Shown: positions 1-9,726, counted from the first letter of the stretch. The stretch: 64,000 nt of DNA from a virus (IMGVR_UViG_3300035661_000015:1-64000); one strand, 5' to 3'. Numbers and translations are program-made. Notes: a model not told the origin generated them from the letters alone.

Positions 1-100
1 TGCCAAGCAGAAAGAAATCTTTTTACTTGGATTGCTTGGGGAGGTCAACATGAACGATATCAACGCATTTACACCTATCGAAATGAAAGAAGGCCAGTAA
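1..100 (+). CDS. 3' end of a further copy of the tandem paralog family (C-terminal tail ...AKQKEIFLLGLLGEVNMNDINAFTPIEMKEGQ), partial
   Basis: Identical C-terminal tail to the ORFs at 100-849 and onward; TAATG stop-start overlap at 98-102. Confidence 0.6.
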   Translation, partial: AKQKEIFLLGLLGEVNMNDINAFTPIEMKEGQ

Positions 101-849
101 TGAGCAAGTTTCGATCGTTCGATTTATTTACGTCCCGTAATCTGATTCTTGCAAACGACCCTTGCCAGGATGGATTAGCTGATTTTGATGCGGCCTTTCC
201 TGATCTGGTAACAAATCCAGACAGACTGGTTTCCCTGGTGGATGTCGTCAAGGGAATTAAAATTGAATATGCAATCTGGTGTTTAGGGGTAACGCCACCT
301 GAGCAGGTCGAAGATACAAAATTGTTCTGCCGATTATTCGCAGGACAAGTAGCAACGCAGTCGTTACATATTTTCGAGTCCGATTATCCAGGCGACCAGC
401 GACCACGAAAGGCAATCGAAATCGCTCTCAGTAAGACAATTTCCTCTGCCGCCGATGTCGCCCGTGCCTCCGCCCATGCCGCCGATGCCGTCTATGCCGC
501 CGCCCATGCCGACGATGCCGACGATGCCACCTATGCCACCCGTGCCGCCGATGTCGCCCGTGCCGCCGATGCCGCCTATGCCGCCGCCGATGCCGCCTAT
601 CCCGCTGATGCCGCCTATGCCGCCACCTGTGCCGCCGATGCCGCCCATGCCGCCGGTGCCGCCGCCCATGCCGCCGCCCATGCCGCCGCCCGTGCCGCCG
701 TCCGTGCCACCTATGTCGCCCATGCCGCCCATGCCGCCGATGCCATCCGTGCCAAGCAGAAAGAAATCTTTTTACTTGGATTGCTTGGGGAAGTTAATAT
801 GAATGATATCAACGCATTTACACCTATAGAAATGAAAGAAGGCCAGTAA
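100..849 (+). CDS. Tandem paralog 1: conserved ~118-aa N-domain + (Ala-Ala-X)n repeat + conserved C-tail; function unknown
   Basis: ORF track; four near-identical neighbours; ATG overlaps upstream TAA. Confidence 0.7.
   Translation: MSKFRSFDLFTSRNLILANDPCQDGLADFDAAFPDLVTNPDRLVSLVDVVKGIKIEYAIWCLGVTPPEQVEDTKLFCRLFAGQVATQSLHIFESDYPGDQRPRKAIEIALSKTISSAADVARASAHAADAVYAAAHADDADDATYATRAADVARAADAAYAAADAAYPADAAYAATCAADAAHAAGAAAHAAAHAAARAAVRATYVAHAAHAADAIRAKQKEIFLLGLLGEVNMNDINAFTPIEMKEGQ
433..757 (+). repeat. GC-rich 9-bp-periodic triplet repeat (GCC GCC NAT)n inside paralog 1
   Basis: Run of gccgccgat/gcccat/gcctat units; open in all three forward frames and on the minus strand. Confidence 0.85.
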
Positions 850-1514
850 TGAGCAAGTTTCGATCGTTCGATTTATTTACGTCCCGTAATCTGATTCTTG
901 CAAATAGCCCTTGCCAGGATGGATTAGCTGATTTTGATGCGGCCTTTCCTGATCTGGTAACAAATCCAGACAGACTGGTTTCCCTGGTGGATGTCGTCAA
1001 GGGAATTAAAATTGAATATGCAATCTGGTGTTTAGGGGTAACGCCACCTGAGCAGGTCGAAGATACAAAATTGTTCTGCCGATTATTCGCAGGACAAATA
1101 GCAATGCAGTCATTACATATTTTCGAGTCCGATTATCCAGCCGACAAACGGCCACGAAAGGCAATCGAAATTGCTCTCAGCAAGACGATTTCCTCCGTCG
1201 CCGATGCCGCCCGTGCCGCCGCCCATGCCGCCGATGCCGCCTATGCCGCCGCCCATGCCGCCGATGCCGCCGATGCCACCGATGCCGCCGATGCCGCCTA
1301 TGCCGCTCATGCCGCCGCCGATGCCGCCTATCCCGCCGATGCCGCCCGTGCCGCCGACTGTGTTGCCGATGTCACCGATGCCGCCGATGTCACCGATGCC
1401 GCCGATGTCGTCCGTGCCAAGCAGAAAGAAATCTTTTTACTTGGATTGCTCGGGGAGGTCAACATGAACGATATCAACGCATTTACACCTATCGAAATGA
1501 AAGAAGTCCAGTAA
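849..1514 (+). CDS. Tandem paralog 2 (shorter repeat tract)
   Basis: ORF track; conserved N and C flanks. Confidence 0.7.
   Translation: MSKFRSFDLFTSRNLILANSPCQDGLADFDAAFPDLVTNPDRLVSLVDVVKGIKIEYAIWCLGVTPPEQVEDTKLFCRLFAGQIAMQSLHIFESDYPADKRPRKAIEIALSKTISSVADAARAAAHAADAAYAAAHAADAADATDAADAAYAAHAAADAAYPADAARAADCVADVTDAADVTDAADVVRAKQKEIFLLGLLGEVNMNDINAFTPIEMKEVQ
1189..1415 (+). repeat. GCC-rich triplet repeat tract in paralog 2
   Basis: Same repeat units as 433-757, different length. Confidence 0.85.
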
Positions 1515-2320
1515 TGAGCAAGTTTCGATCATTCGATTTATCAGTCAGCCGTAATCTGATTCTCGCAAATCGCCCTTGCGAGGATGGATTAGCTGATTTT
1601 GATGCCGCCTTTCCTGATCTGGTAATAAATTCAGATAGACCTGTTTCCCTGGTGGACGTCGCCAAGGGAATTAAAATTGAATATGCAATCTGGTGTTTAC
1701 GGGTAACGCCACCTGAGCAAGCCGAAGACACAAAATTGTTCTGCCGATTATTCGCAGGACAAGTAGCAATGCAGTCGTTGCATATTTTCGAGTCCGATTA
1801 TCCAGCCGACAAACGGCCACGAAGGGCAATCGGAATCGCTCTCAGTAAGACGATTTTCTCCGCCGCCGATGCCGCCTATGTCGCCTATGCCGTCGATGCC
1901 GCCCATGCCGCCGCCCGTGCCGCCCGTGCCGCCGATGCCGCCTATGCCGCCCGTGCCGCCCGTGCCGCCGCCCATGCCGCCCATGCCGCCCGTGCCGCCG
2001 CCCATGCCGCCGATGCCGCCACCCATGCCGCCCGTGTCGCCGATGCCGCCTATGTCGCCTATGCCGCCCGTGCCGCCGATGCCGCCCGTGCCGCCGCCCG
2101 TGCCGCCATCCGTGCCGCCGATGCCGCCCATGCCGCCGGTGCCGCCGCCCATGCCGCCGCCCATGCCGCCGCCCGTGCCGCCTATGTCGCCCATGTCGCC
2201 GATGCCGCCGATGCCGTCCGTGCCAAGCATAAAGAAATCTTTTTACTTGGATTGCTCGGGGAGGTCAACATGAACGATATGAATACATTTACACCTATCG
2301 AAATGAAAGAAGGCCAGTAA
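1514..2320 (+). CDS. Tandem paralog 3 (longest repeat tract)
   Basis: ORF track; conserved flanks. Confidence 0.7.
   Translation: MSKFRSFDLSVSRNLILANRPCEDGLADFDAAFPDLVINSDRPVSLVDVAKGIKIEYAIWCLRVTPPEQAEDTKLFCRLFAGQVAMQSLHIFESDYPADKRPRRAIGIALSKTIFSAADAAYVAYAVDAAHAAARAARAADAAYAARAARAAAHAAHAARAAAHAADAATHAARVADAAYVAYAARAADAARAAARAAIRAADAAHAAGAAAHAAAHAAARAAYVAHVADAADAVRAKHKEIFLLGLLGEVNMNDMNTFTPIEMKEGQ
1855..2222 (+). repeat. GCC-rich triplet repeat tract in paralog 3
   Basis: Same repeat units. Confidence 0.85.
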
Positions 2321-2802
2321 TGAGCAAGTTTCGATCATTCGATTTATCAGTCAGCCGAAATCTGATTCTTGCAAATGACCCCTGCCAGGATGGATTAGCT
2401 GATTTTGATGCGGCCTTTCCTGATCTGGTAATAAATCCAGACAGACTGGTTTCCCTGGTGGACGTCGCCAAGGGAATTAAAATTGAATATGCAATCTGGT
2501 GTTTAGGGGTAACGCCACCTGACCAAGCCGAAGATACAAAATTGTTCTGCCGATTATTCGCAGGACAAGTAGCAATGCAGTCGTTACATATTTTCGAGTC
2601 CGATTATCCAGGCGACCAGCGACCACGAAAGGCAATCGAAATCGCTCTCAGCAAGACGATTTACTCCGCCGCCGATGTCGCCTATGTCGCCGCCCGTGTC
2701 GCCCATGCCACCGATGCCGTCCGTGCCAAGCAGAAAGAAATCCTTATCGTTGGATTACTCGGACAAGTTGATATGTATGATATTAATACGTTCTTGACAT
2801 AG
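2320..2802 (+). CDS. Tandem paralog 4 (very short repeat tract; divergent C-tail)
   Basis: ORF track; same N-domain; repeat about 20 aa. Confidence 0.65.
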   Translation: MSKFRSFDLSVSRNLILANDPCQDGLADFDAAFPDLVINPDRLVSLVDVAKGIKIEYAIWCLGVTPPDQAEDTKLFCRLFAGQVAMQSLHIFESDYPGDQRPRKAIEIALSKTIYSAADVAYVAARVAHATDAVRAKQKEILIVGLLGQVDMYDINTFLT

Positions 2803-2992
2803 AGTTTCTTTACATAAATGTATTAGCGGAAGAATTAAAGGTAGAAGCGACCTTTGTTAATTACAGGGGCAATCTAATGAACTATGAGTTAAAACATAGT
2901 GGATGTAGTAGTTGGGACGGCGAAGATCGGCGTTGCAACTGTGGTAATAGGCGAATTTACTAGTCATATAGCGGCAATTTTAAAAACGGTTC

Positions 2993-3358
2993 TTGGGAGG
3001 CAATGGCGGACTAATGTTATTTTTAAGAGACCTAATAAACAAATGTTCTTCTAAATTAGGACGAGATTGTTACACTGTTCCGTTATACGACCTTATAAAA
3101 GAGGCTTATGTATTAGGTTTAAAACACGGAAATATTTGGAGCAATCTTTCAGAGCAAAAACAGAATGAGTTATCTAGTTGGAAGAAAAAGCAAGATAAAA
3201 AGGTGGCCGATACTCAGGGGAAAGATAAGCCCTATTATGGTGCAATTGGTGGGGCCTATACATATAGTCACACCTTTACTTCTTTAGGGGTTGTACTAAC
3301 AGTTAAAAATGGTTATACTGATGATGAATTAGACCTTAGTGATTATGAGGAGTGGTAA
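2993..3358 (+). CDS. Hypothetical protein
   Basis: ORF track only. Confidence 0.4.
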   Translation: MGGNGGLMLFLRDLINKCSSKLGRDCYTVPLYDLIKEAYVLGLKHGNIWSNLSEQKQNELSSWKKKQDKKVADTQGKDKPYYGAIGGAYTYSHTFTSLGVVLTVKNGYTDDELDLSDYEEW

Positions 3359-3558
3359 TGACCAAACTAAAATTCGTTGCAAAGTTTATGAAATATGTTA
3401 CAATTGGATTGTTGGGCATCTGGGGTTTTGCCCAGACCAATCATCTCGTTAACGAGTCTTTAATTCCCCCCTTTGTTGGGGTCGGGCTCTATTTGTTTAT
3501 CGCGTCCTTGTTGATTGTTTTGTTTTTTGAACCTATTTTTAAGGAACTATCAGAATGA
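3352..3558 (+). CDS. Small hydrophobic membrane protein (possible NfeD-like partner of the downstream SPFH protein)
   Basis: Two hydrophobic segments; overlaps the next gene start. Confidence 0.4.
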   Translation: MVMTKLKFVAKFMKYVTIGLLGIWGFAQTNHLVNESLIPPFVGVGLYLFIASLLIVLFFEPIFKELSE

Positions 3559-4451
3559 AAAAGACCCTACTGTTTGCCGCCCTTACCTTTCCTATGTTTT
3601 TCGCCGGTTGTGGCTGTAATACAGTTGAGCCCGGCTATGTGGGTGTTAAAGTGCCCTATTATGGTGATGCTAAAAATCAAGATTATCAACTCGTACGTGG
3701 CGTAGTGTGGTACAACGGATTCACCGAACGTATTTATGAATTCCCCACATTCTTACAAAGTGTTGTGTGGACTAAGGATACTAACGAGGGGTCGCCAACC
3801 GACGAAAGTGTAACTTTTAATTCGGCAGAAGGTGAGGGTGTAAATGTAGATGTAGCATTTAGTTACACCATTCCAGAAGATAAGGTTAGTGATATCTTTA
3901 AGAAACAACGAAAAGAAATTCGCGAATTGACGCATATATTTCTCCGCTCAGAAGTTCGCGATAGTATTGTTCTACATGGTAGTCGATACAAGATTATTCC
4001 TTTGATTGGTCTTGATAAGGAAAAGTTGATTACCGAAGTTAAGGCCGATCTAATTAAAAAGCTTGGACCACAGGGTTATGAAATTAACGCGATTTCATTC
4101 GTGGGTAAGATGCGTGTTGACCCAAAGGTTGAGGCGTCTATTTCGGCCACTATTACACAGTTGAGTAAGACAGTTGAAGCTGAAAATAAAATTAAGCAGA
4201 GTGAGGCAGAGGCCCGCCAATCTGTTGCGGTAGCTAAGGGTAAGGCTGATGCGGAAGTTCAAGAGGCCGAGGGTAAAGCTAAGGCACGTGTAACAATTGC
4301 GGAAGCCGAAGCTAAGGCCAATACCCTTGTACAAAAATCCCTTACCCCCGAAGTATTGGAATTTAATATGCTCAAACAATGGGATGGTAAACTTCCTCAG
4401 GTGATGGGTGGTGGAGTTTCTCCCTTTGTAAATCTCAAGGATCTAAAGTGA
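3555..4451 (+). CDS. SPFH/band-7 (prohibitin/HflK-like) lipoprotein
   Basis: Lipobox FFAGC; C-terminal Ala/Glu/Lys-rich coiled region typical of the SPFH family. Confidence 0.55.
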   Translation: MKKTLLFAALTFPMFFAGCGCNTVEPGYVGVKVPYYGDAKNQDYQLVRGVVWYNGFTERIYEFPTFLQSVVWTKDTNEGSPTDESVTFNSAEGEGVNVDVAFSYTIPEDKVSDIFKKQRKEIRELTHIFLRSEVRDSIVLHGSRYKIIPLIGLDKEKLITEVKADLIKKLGPQGYEINAISFVGKMRVDPKVEASISATITQLSKTVEAENKIKQSEAEARQSVAVAKGKADAEVQEAEGKAKARVTIAEAEAKANTLVQKSLTPEVLEFNMLKQWDGKLPQVMGGGVSPFVNLKDLK

Positions 4452-4467
4452 ACGATAAATATCAACA

Positions 4468-4510
4468 ATAACTCTTTGAGGCCGTTAATAGCGGCCTTGA
4501 GGTTTATTTT
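4468..4510 (+). terminator. Rho-independent terminator
   Basis: GAGGCCG...CGGCCTT stem followed by a T-run. Confidence 0.6.
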
Positions 4511-4648
4511 TTTGATACTATTATTAGTTGAGCCTAGTCAATTCATTACCATTAGTAGAATTTTTGAAGAGTAAAATAGGTGCCGAAGGGATTTTCGTAT
4601 GAAATTTAAGGATATACTACTGTTCTTATTCGGATTCTTTGTTCTATC

Positions 4649-4677
4649 ATTGACTTCGTTTTGGATTTCTGATATAA
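4649..4677 (+). promoter_or_regulatory. Sigma70-like promoter (TTGACT-17-TATAAT)
   Basis: Near-consensus hexamers with 17-nt spacing. Confidence 0.5.
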
Positions 4678-4708
4678 TAGGTGAAATAATACTGGTAAAA
4701 TAAATACT

Positions 4709-4731
4709 AAGCGGAGAAAGTTATAGGGGCT
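4709..4731 (+). repeat. Dispersed motif, forward copy (TAAGCGGAGAAAGTTATAGGGGC) followed by a T-run
   Basis: Matches consensus TAAGCGGAGAAAGT-n-GGGGCG. Confidence 0.8.
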
Positions 4732-4982
4732 TTTTTTTATTAAAATTACATCTGATCTACATGAAAAAACTTTTTCTAAAATAGGGGCGAACGAGGTTCA
4801 TACTTACCCATGTAAGAATTGTCCTTCTAATTTTCCACGTCCCCATAATCCAGAAGCCGAGAGTATTTTAAATTCTAAAGATGATGAGTGGCTAGAGCAT
4901 TCGATATTTTTATACGGATGGAAAAATAATAAATTCTGTAAGGGTAATTACGATCTTATAAAAGTAGAGATAGGGGCTTTAA

Positions 4983-5810
4983 ATGAAAATTGAGGCAGTC
5001 GTTACGTGTGTTAATTACGCGGACTTTTTAACCTATAGTCTTGCTCATAATCGAAATATTTTTGATCATATAGTGGTCGTCACTGATACAAAAGATGTTA
5101 AAACGCAAAATGTGTGTGACTGGTGGAATATTCAGTGCATTCAAACGGATGCGTGGTATGAGGGCGGGGCCATATTTAATAAGGCAAAAGGAATCAATGT
5201 TGGCCTAGCCCAACTCTCGAAATCCGATTGGGTTGTGCATATGGATGCCGATATTATAATGGTCCCTAAAGCCCGTGACGTTATTAGTAGTTTAGATAAG
5301 GTCGATTTTTTTAATAAGGAAAGTCTTTATGGTATTGATAGAACACATTGTAAGACATTTGAAGAGTTTGCTAATTTTCTAGCTAATCCTGATCCGGCCT
5401 ATATACCCGACATCTTTTTAAATCCCGGTCGATTCCCCCTTAATCATCGAATTATTAAGTTAGAGTATGGGGGCTATTTGCCCATTGGATTTTTCCAAAT
5501 GTGGAATCATAAAGGGTGTGGTTTATTTAAGGAAAACGCCCTTATCTATCCAGAAGAACATATCGACGCTGCCCATTCAGATATGTTGTTTTCATTAAAG
5601 TGGTCACGTAAGAAACGCCACTTAATTCCGGATATTATGGGCTTACATATTGAAACTATGGCAGAAAATGGTAAAATGGGAGCTAATTGGATGGGGCGAA
5701 AGACAAAACCCTTTCTTCCGACCCCTCAGACCGAAATTAAAATTAGAGAAATCCCCCAAAACCTAGTTAGTGATGTTTCCCAAGTTTTTTATCCCTACAA
5801 AGGCGTGTGA
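4983..5810 (+). CDS. Putative glycosyltransferase (GT-A-like; DAD motif HMDADII)
   Basis: Weak motif-level similarity only. Confidence 0.4.
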   Translation: MKIEAVVTCVNYADFLTYSLAHNRNIFDHIVVVTDTKDVKTQNVCDWWNIQCIQTDAWYEGGAIFNKAKGINVGLAQLSKSDWVVHMDADIIMVPKARDVISSLDKVDFFNKESLYGIDRTHCKTFEEFANFLANPDPAYIPDIFLNPGRFPLNHRIIKLEYGGYLPIGFFQMWNHKGCGLFKENALIYPEEHIDAAHSDMLFSLKWSRKKRHLIPDIMGLHIETMAENGKMGANWMGRKTKPFLPTPQTEIKIREIPQNLVSDVSQVFYPYKGV

Positions 5811-6199
5811 TGATTATTGATAAGTTGATTGAGATCAGAAATAGCAATATGAAAAATGGAAATCAGGAGCTATTACTTAGTTCCTGTTTTTTAATTGGTC
5901 AAATTGAACGCCTACAAGAGCCCACTGAGAAGAATGTAATTAAAATTCTTGAGGCTATGGTCAATACGCCGGAAGGATATTGGCCCAAAGAAATTGAACT
6001 TGCCCGCTCTTTTATCCCGGTCAAGATGAGCGGAGAAAGTATAGGGGCGGCTCTGGACAATATTAGGAGCGAGTTACGGGCATTTGAGAAAGATGGTCCG
6101 GCGGTTGGCTATGCTATTAAGTATCTTAAGGATTTTGGCGAAGCGGACGGTGACATCATTTCAAAGCTGGTTAGGGCGATTCGGGAGAATAATGACTAA
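5807..6199 (+). CDS. Hypothetical protein (contains a forward copy of the dispersed motif in-frame)
   Basis: ORF track. Confidence 0.4.
   Translation: MMIIDKLIEIRNSNMKNGNQELLLSSCFLIGQIERLQEPTEKNVIKILEAMVNTPEGYWPKEIELARSFIPVKMSGESIGAALDNIRSELRAFEKDGPAVGYAIKYLKDFGEADGDIISKLVRAIRENND
6027..6050 (+). repeat. Dispersed motif, forward copy (in-frame in a CDS)
   Basis: TGAGCGGAGAAAGTATAGGGGCGG. Confidence 0.8.
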
Positions 6200-6317
6200 T
6201 GAAAGTTATAAAGAAGTCTAGAGTTCAAGAATTTACTGACATGGTACATTGTACATATGGTGCAGAATTAGAAATAAGGGGAATCGACCTGGATGTTAAT
6301 TATAAATTTAGAGCCCT

Positions 6318-6354
6318 CGCCCCTCGACGACCAACACTTTAATTTCTCCGCTAA
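6318..6354 (-). repeat. Dispersed motif, reverse copy
   Basis: CGCCCC...TTTAATTTCTCCGCTAA. Confidence 0.7.
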
Positions 6355-6976
6355 TGGGCTCGGACCAAACTCGGAACGGGATTCACCCCAAGCCTCAGAG
6401 TCCCAAGATGACTTTTTCCGCTGTCGCCTTAGATTTGAGTATACTTTTAATTATAGGGCGAGCGGAGTTGATGGGATTTTTCAGTGCTATGCTACAGATC
6501 ATAATGATGCAATTAAACAATTTGGAATTCACCTGGGGGAAAAATGAGTAAACCAAACATTTACGATATTAAACACTCTTATAGATTTATTCTTTTTCCA
6601 CAGAAAATATATGTATCAAAAAATTATGGATTACCCTATCATCGATGGGTTTGGTTGAAGTGGGTTATGTTTAGTTATGAGTATATTAATAGAAATAATA
6701 AATCACAATGGATTCTTATTGATAGGACGGTGATGAATTGAAATTCAATAGACGAGTATTAGGGTCCAAAAAAATAAGGTGGGGATTTTTATTCTTTCCG
6801 AAAGATATTCCTATTTATGAAAACGAAATTTTAGTTGGCTATGAATCCGCTTGGCTTAGACCTATTAAGTATACATATGAATATATGCAATATATGAAAA
6901 AGGAGACTCGTCAATATAGATCATTTTATTCTCAAATGGTTTCGGAGTGGGTTTTAATTAATAGGGAAATATTGTA

Positions 6977-7324
6977 ATGGCTCTTTACACCGACTACCCC
7001 CTCACCGAACTTGGCGATATCCCCTATAAGGAAGCCCCTATTAGGGAACTTGTACTTTTAAAACACGATGGTGGTAAATATTGTGATATTTTGATAGAAG
7101 AGAAGGTTTTTAATATTAAGATTGGCTATATTTACACTAAAGATAAAAATGGAAAAATGGTTTCTATAGCTAACAACGGGTATTATTTTTTCAATACCCA
7201 TTCTCTCCCCTGTACAAAATGTCCGTATTATATTACAATACATCAATCAGAAGAACATGCTACGGGAATTTGTACGAAGTGCGGTCACTCATTCTGTACT
7301 AGGTATACGAAGCCAAAAAGTTAA
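6977..7324 (+). CDS. Cys-rich Zn-ribbon protein
   Basis: CTKCPYY...CTKCGHSFC. Confidence 0.45.
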   Translation: MALYTDYPLTELGDIPYKEAPIRELVLLKHDGGKYCDILIEEKVFNIKIGYIYTKDKNGKMVSIANNGYYFFNTHSLPCTKCPYYITIHQSEEHATGICTKCGHSFCTRYTKPKS

Positions 7325-7410
7325 GTGACCTAGAAAAAGAATAATGATATAGATCTTGCTCAAGAATTTTCCCTTAAAATTAGCGACTAAGAAATTAAAG
7401 AGGTATTAAA

Positions 7411-8586
7411 GTGTCTAAGTTAATTTTTGGCAACCACCAAGAGAATACGTTGACTCAGGTTGATATGGTTATTGACTCGGGGGCCGAACACTTTGTTCTA
7501 TGTGCTGACGGGCACTTGGGTTACGGTCATCCAATCGGCGGAGTCGCCGCTTATAAAAATAAAATTTCCCTTTCGGGTGTTGGTAAAGATATTTCGTGTG
7601 GAAACTTAGCTTCACGGACGACCATGAAAGGCAAAGATTTAGCGGAAAATATAGGGGCGATTATGGATGAAATTGTTGCCAAAATCTCTTGTGGTGTTGG
7701 TCGCAATAATAAGGGGCGTGTCGATTCGCCCGTATTCGATAATCCCCTATTCGCCACCAATGATATTCTCCGCTCACTTTTGCCTATGACTAGAGATCAG
7801 TTTGGAACAATTGGGGCCGGTAATCATTACGTAGACCTTTTTGTTGATGACTCAGATGATTCTGTTTGGATTGGTATTCACTTCGGAAGTAGGGGGCTTG
7901 GATATAAATTTGCTTCCCACTATTTTGATATGGTAAATTATAAGGACGGATATCTTGTAAAGCCCGCCTTATTAGATGCTGACTCTAATGCTGGTCAAGA
8001 ATATTTGGCTGGAATGGAATTGTGTGGAGATTATGCTTACGAGTCAAGGTATTGGGTGGGCCATAAGGTTGCTGAAATTCTTGGGGCAAATATTACTAAA
8101 AGTGTCCACAATCACCATAATTATTGTTGGATAGAAGAACATTTTGGTGAGACCTACTATGTTGTACGTAAAGGGGCAACCCCCGCTTTTCCCGGCCAAC
8201 TTGGTTTTATTGGCGGGTCAATGGGTGATAATGCCGTAATCGTAGAGGGTGTTGAGTCCGAACTATCCAAAAGTACTTTATATAGTACAATTCATGGGGC
8301 CGGTCGTGATTTTAGTCGTGCCGAAGCTAAGGGGCGATACGTCAAAGATGAGAATGGTAAAAAGCAAAGGGGTGTCGGTCGCGTTCGTCACGATGAAATG
8401 CAAAAATGGCTGAATGATAAGGGCGTAGTAGTTCGTGGCGGCGACTTAGACGAGGCCCCACAAGCTTATCGGCGACTTGATGATGTTCTTAAGTTTCACG
8501 AGGGTACAATTAAAATTCTACATACCCTTAGGCCGGTCGGGGTTATGATGGCTGGACCAAATACTTTTGACCCATATAAGGACTAA
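7411..8586 (+). CDS. rtcB: RtcB-family RNA 3'-phosphate/5'-OH ligase
   Basis: CADGH, GSRGLG, NHHNY and IHGAGR motifs characteristic of RtcB. Confidence 0.8.
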   Translation: MSKLIFGNHQENTLTQVDMVIDSGAEHFVLCADGHLGYGHPIGGVAAYKNKISLSGVGKDISCGNLASRTTMKGKDLAENIGAIMDEIVAKISCGVGRNNKGRVDSPVFDNPLFATNDILRSLLPMTRDQFGTIGAGNHYVDLFVDDSDDSVWIGIHFGSRGLGYKFASHYFDMVNYKDGYLVKPALLDADSNAGQEYLAGMELCGDYAYESRYWVGHKVAEILGANITKSVHNHHNYCWIEEHFGETYYVVRKGATPAFPGQLGFIGGSMGDNAVIVEGVESELSKSTLYSTIHGAGRDFSRAEAKGRYVKDENGKKQRGVGRVRHDEMQKWLNDKGVVVRGGDLDEAPQAYRRLDDVLKFHEGTIKILHTLRPVGVMMAGPNTFDPYKD

Positions 8587-9175
8587 TATGTATATTGATT
8601 CGGTTAAATTTAATCACGATTATAGATGTTTTAATGCTGGTGACCAGTTTGAATTTAAGGATCTAACTTTACTAGTTGGTGACCAGGGTTGTGGTAAATC
8701 TTCACTTCTAGATTTATTAGGACGTAATTGTCCTGAGTTAGAGTTAAGTCTTACCGATCTTGGTTTAAGGGGTGTTGAAACATTTTATTTTGATACTGAA
8801 AAAATGAATCCACGAATTGTAGATGCTCAAATGTATACTAATCCTAATGGTACAAATCGTGGTATTGGGATAGGTCGAGCTATATCATCTAGATTTACTT
8901 CTCATGGCGAAACTATTGTTGACTTTACTGTAAATGCACTGAAAACTGCTAAAAATTGTTTATTTTTTTTAGATGAACCCGAGAGTGGATTATCTATTCG
9001 TAACCAATTCCGATTACTAAAAGAGACTAGATCCGCCATTAAAAGAAAATGTCAATTAGTTATTGCAACACACTCTTTATTACTTATTAGTAAAACTAAA
9101 TCTGTGCTTTCACTAGAACATGGTAGATGGATAGATTCAAAAAGTTTTATTAAATCACACGCGGTAGGTTTATGA
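8567..9175 (+). CDS. Small ABC-type/AAA ATPase (Walker A GDQGCGKSS; Walker B FFLDEPESGL; H-loop ATHS)
   Basis: P-loop and ABC signature-like motifs. Confidence 0.6.
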   Translation: MTHIRTNMYIDSVKFNHDYRCFNAGDQFEFKDLTLLVGDQGCGKSSLLDLLGRNCPELELSLTDLGLRGVETFYFDTEKMNPRIVDAQMYTNPNGTNRGIGIGRAISSRFTSHGETIVDFTVNALKTAKNCLFFLDEPESGLSIRNQFRLLKETRSAIKRKCQLVIATHSLLLISKTKSVLSLEHGRWIDSKSFIKSHAVGL

Positions 9176-9684
9176 TATACTTTACCGGATGTTGGCACCT
9201 TGACCATGAGAATATTATAAAATTGACCAATCGCCCTTTTCTTAATATTGAGTCTATGAACAAGGAAATTATTAATAATACGAATGAGATGGTTGGGCCA
9301 AATGATGACCTTTATATTTTAGGCGACACCCTTCTTACTCGGGGACATTATCCGACAAGAATAAATGAGATTATGAATAGCCTTCGGTGTAATAATATTC
9401 ATTATCTTTTGGGAAATCATGATAGACCACTAAGAGATAATAGACGCATGTGCCCCAATAAAATTAGGTCTATAAACGACTATTTAGAATTGAGTTACAA
9501 GAATACAAAGGTTTGCTTATTTCATTATCCGATTTTAGAGTGGAACGCCTGGTTTCATCGGGCGATTCATCTACATAGTCACGTTCACAATAATTTAGAA
9601 AATGCCGAAAGGCGTATGGATGTTGGAGTTGACGCTATGAATTTTGCCCCTATCTCTATTGAAGAGGTATTTGAAATAATATGA
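9172..9684 (+). CDS. Calcineurin-like metallophosphoesterase
   Basis: DHEN, GDTLLTRG and GNHD motifs. Confidence 0.65.
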   Translation: MIYFTGCWHLDHENIIKLTNRPFLNIESMNKEIINNTNEMVGPNDDLYILGDTLLTRGHYPTRINEIMNSLRCNNIHYLLGNHDRPLRDNRRMCPNKIRSINDYLELSYKNTKVCLFHYPILEWNAWFHRAIHLHSHVHNNLENAERRMDVGVDAMNFAPISIEEVFEII

Positions 9685-9726
9685 CTACAACCGATCCGAT
9701 TTATCAAGCTGTAAAGGTTTATTAAA

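Noticed and set aside
364-2273. Alternative-frame ORFs in the repeat tracts: plus-frame (PPM)n proteins (455-802, 1171-1467, 1869-2273) and minus-strand Gly-rich (GGI/GGM)n proteins (364-732, 1113-1310, 1748-2230)
   Set aside because: The GCC-rich repeat is stop-free in every frame. Only the annotated plus frame joins the conserved N-domain and C-tail and shows TAATG coupling between copies. The others begin and end inside the repeat and overlap the conserved domains out of frame.
430-2680. The TTTCTCCGCCGCC at the start of each repeat tract (encoding KTIFSAAD) as further copies of the dispersed motif
   Set aside because: Only the 9-nt TTTCTCCGC core matches. There is no GC box at the correct spacing, and the sequence is explained by the paralog family itself.
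6293-6551. Two overlapping small ORFs (84 and 65 aa)
   Set aside because: Mutually exclusive frames with no motif support; the region contains a reverse motif copy. Left unannotated.
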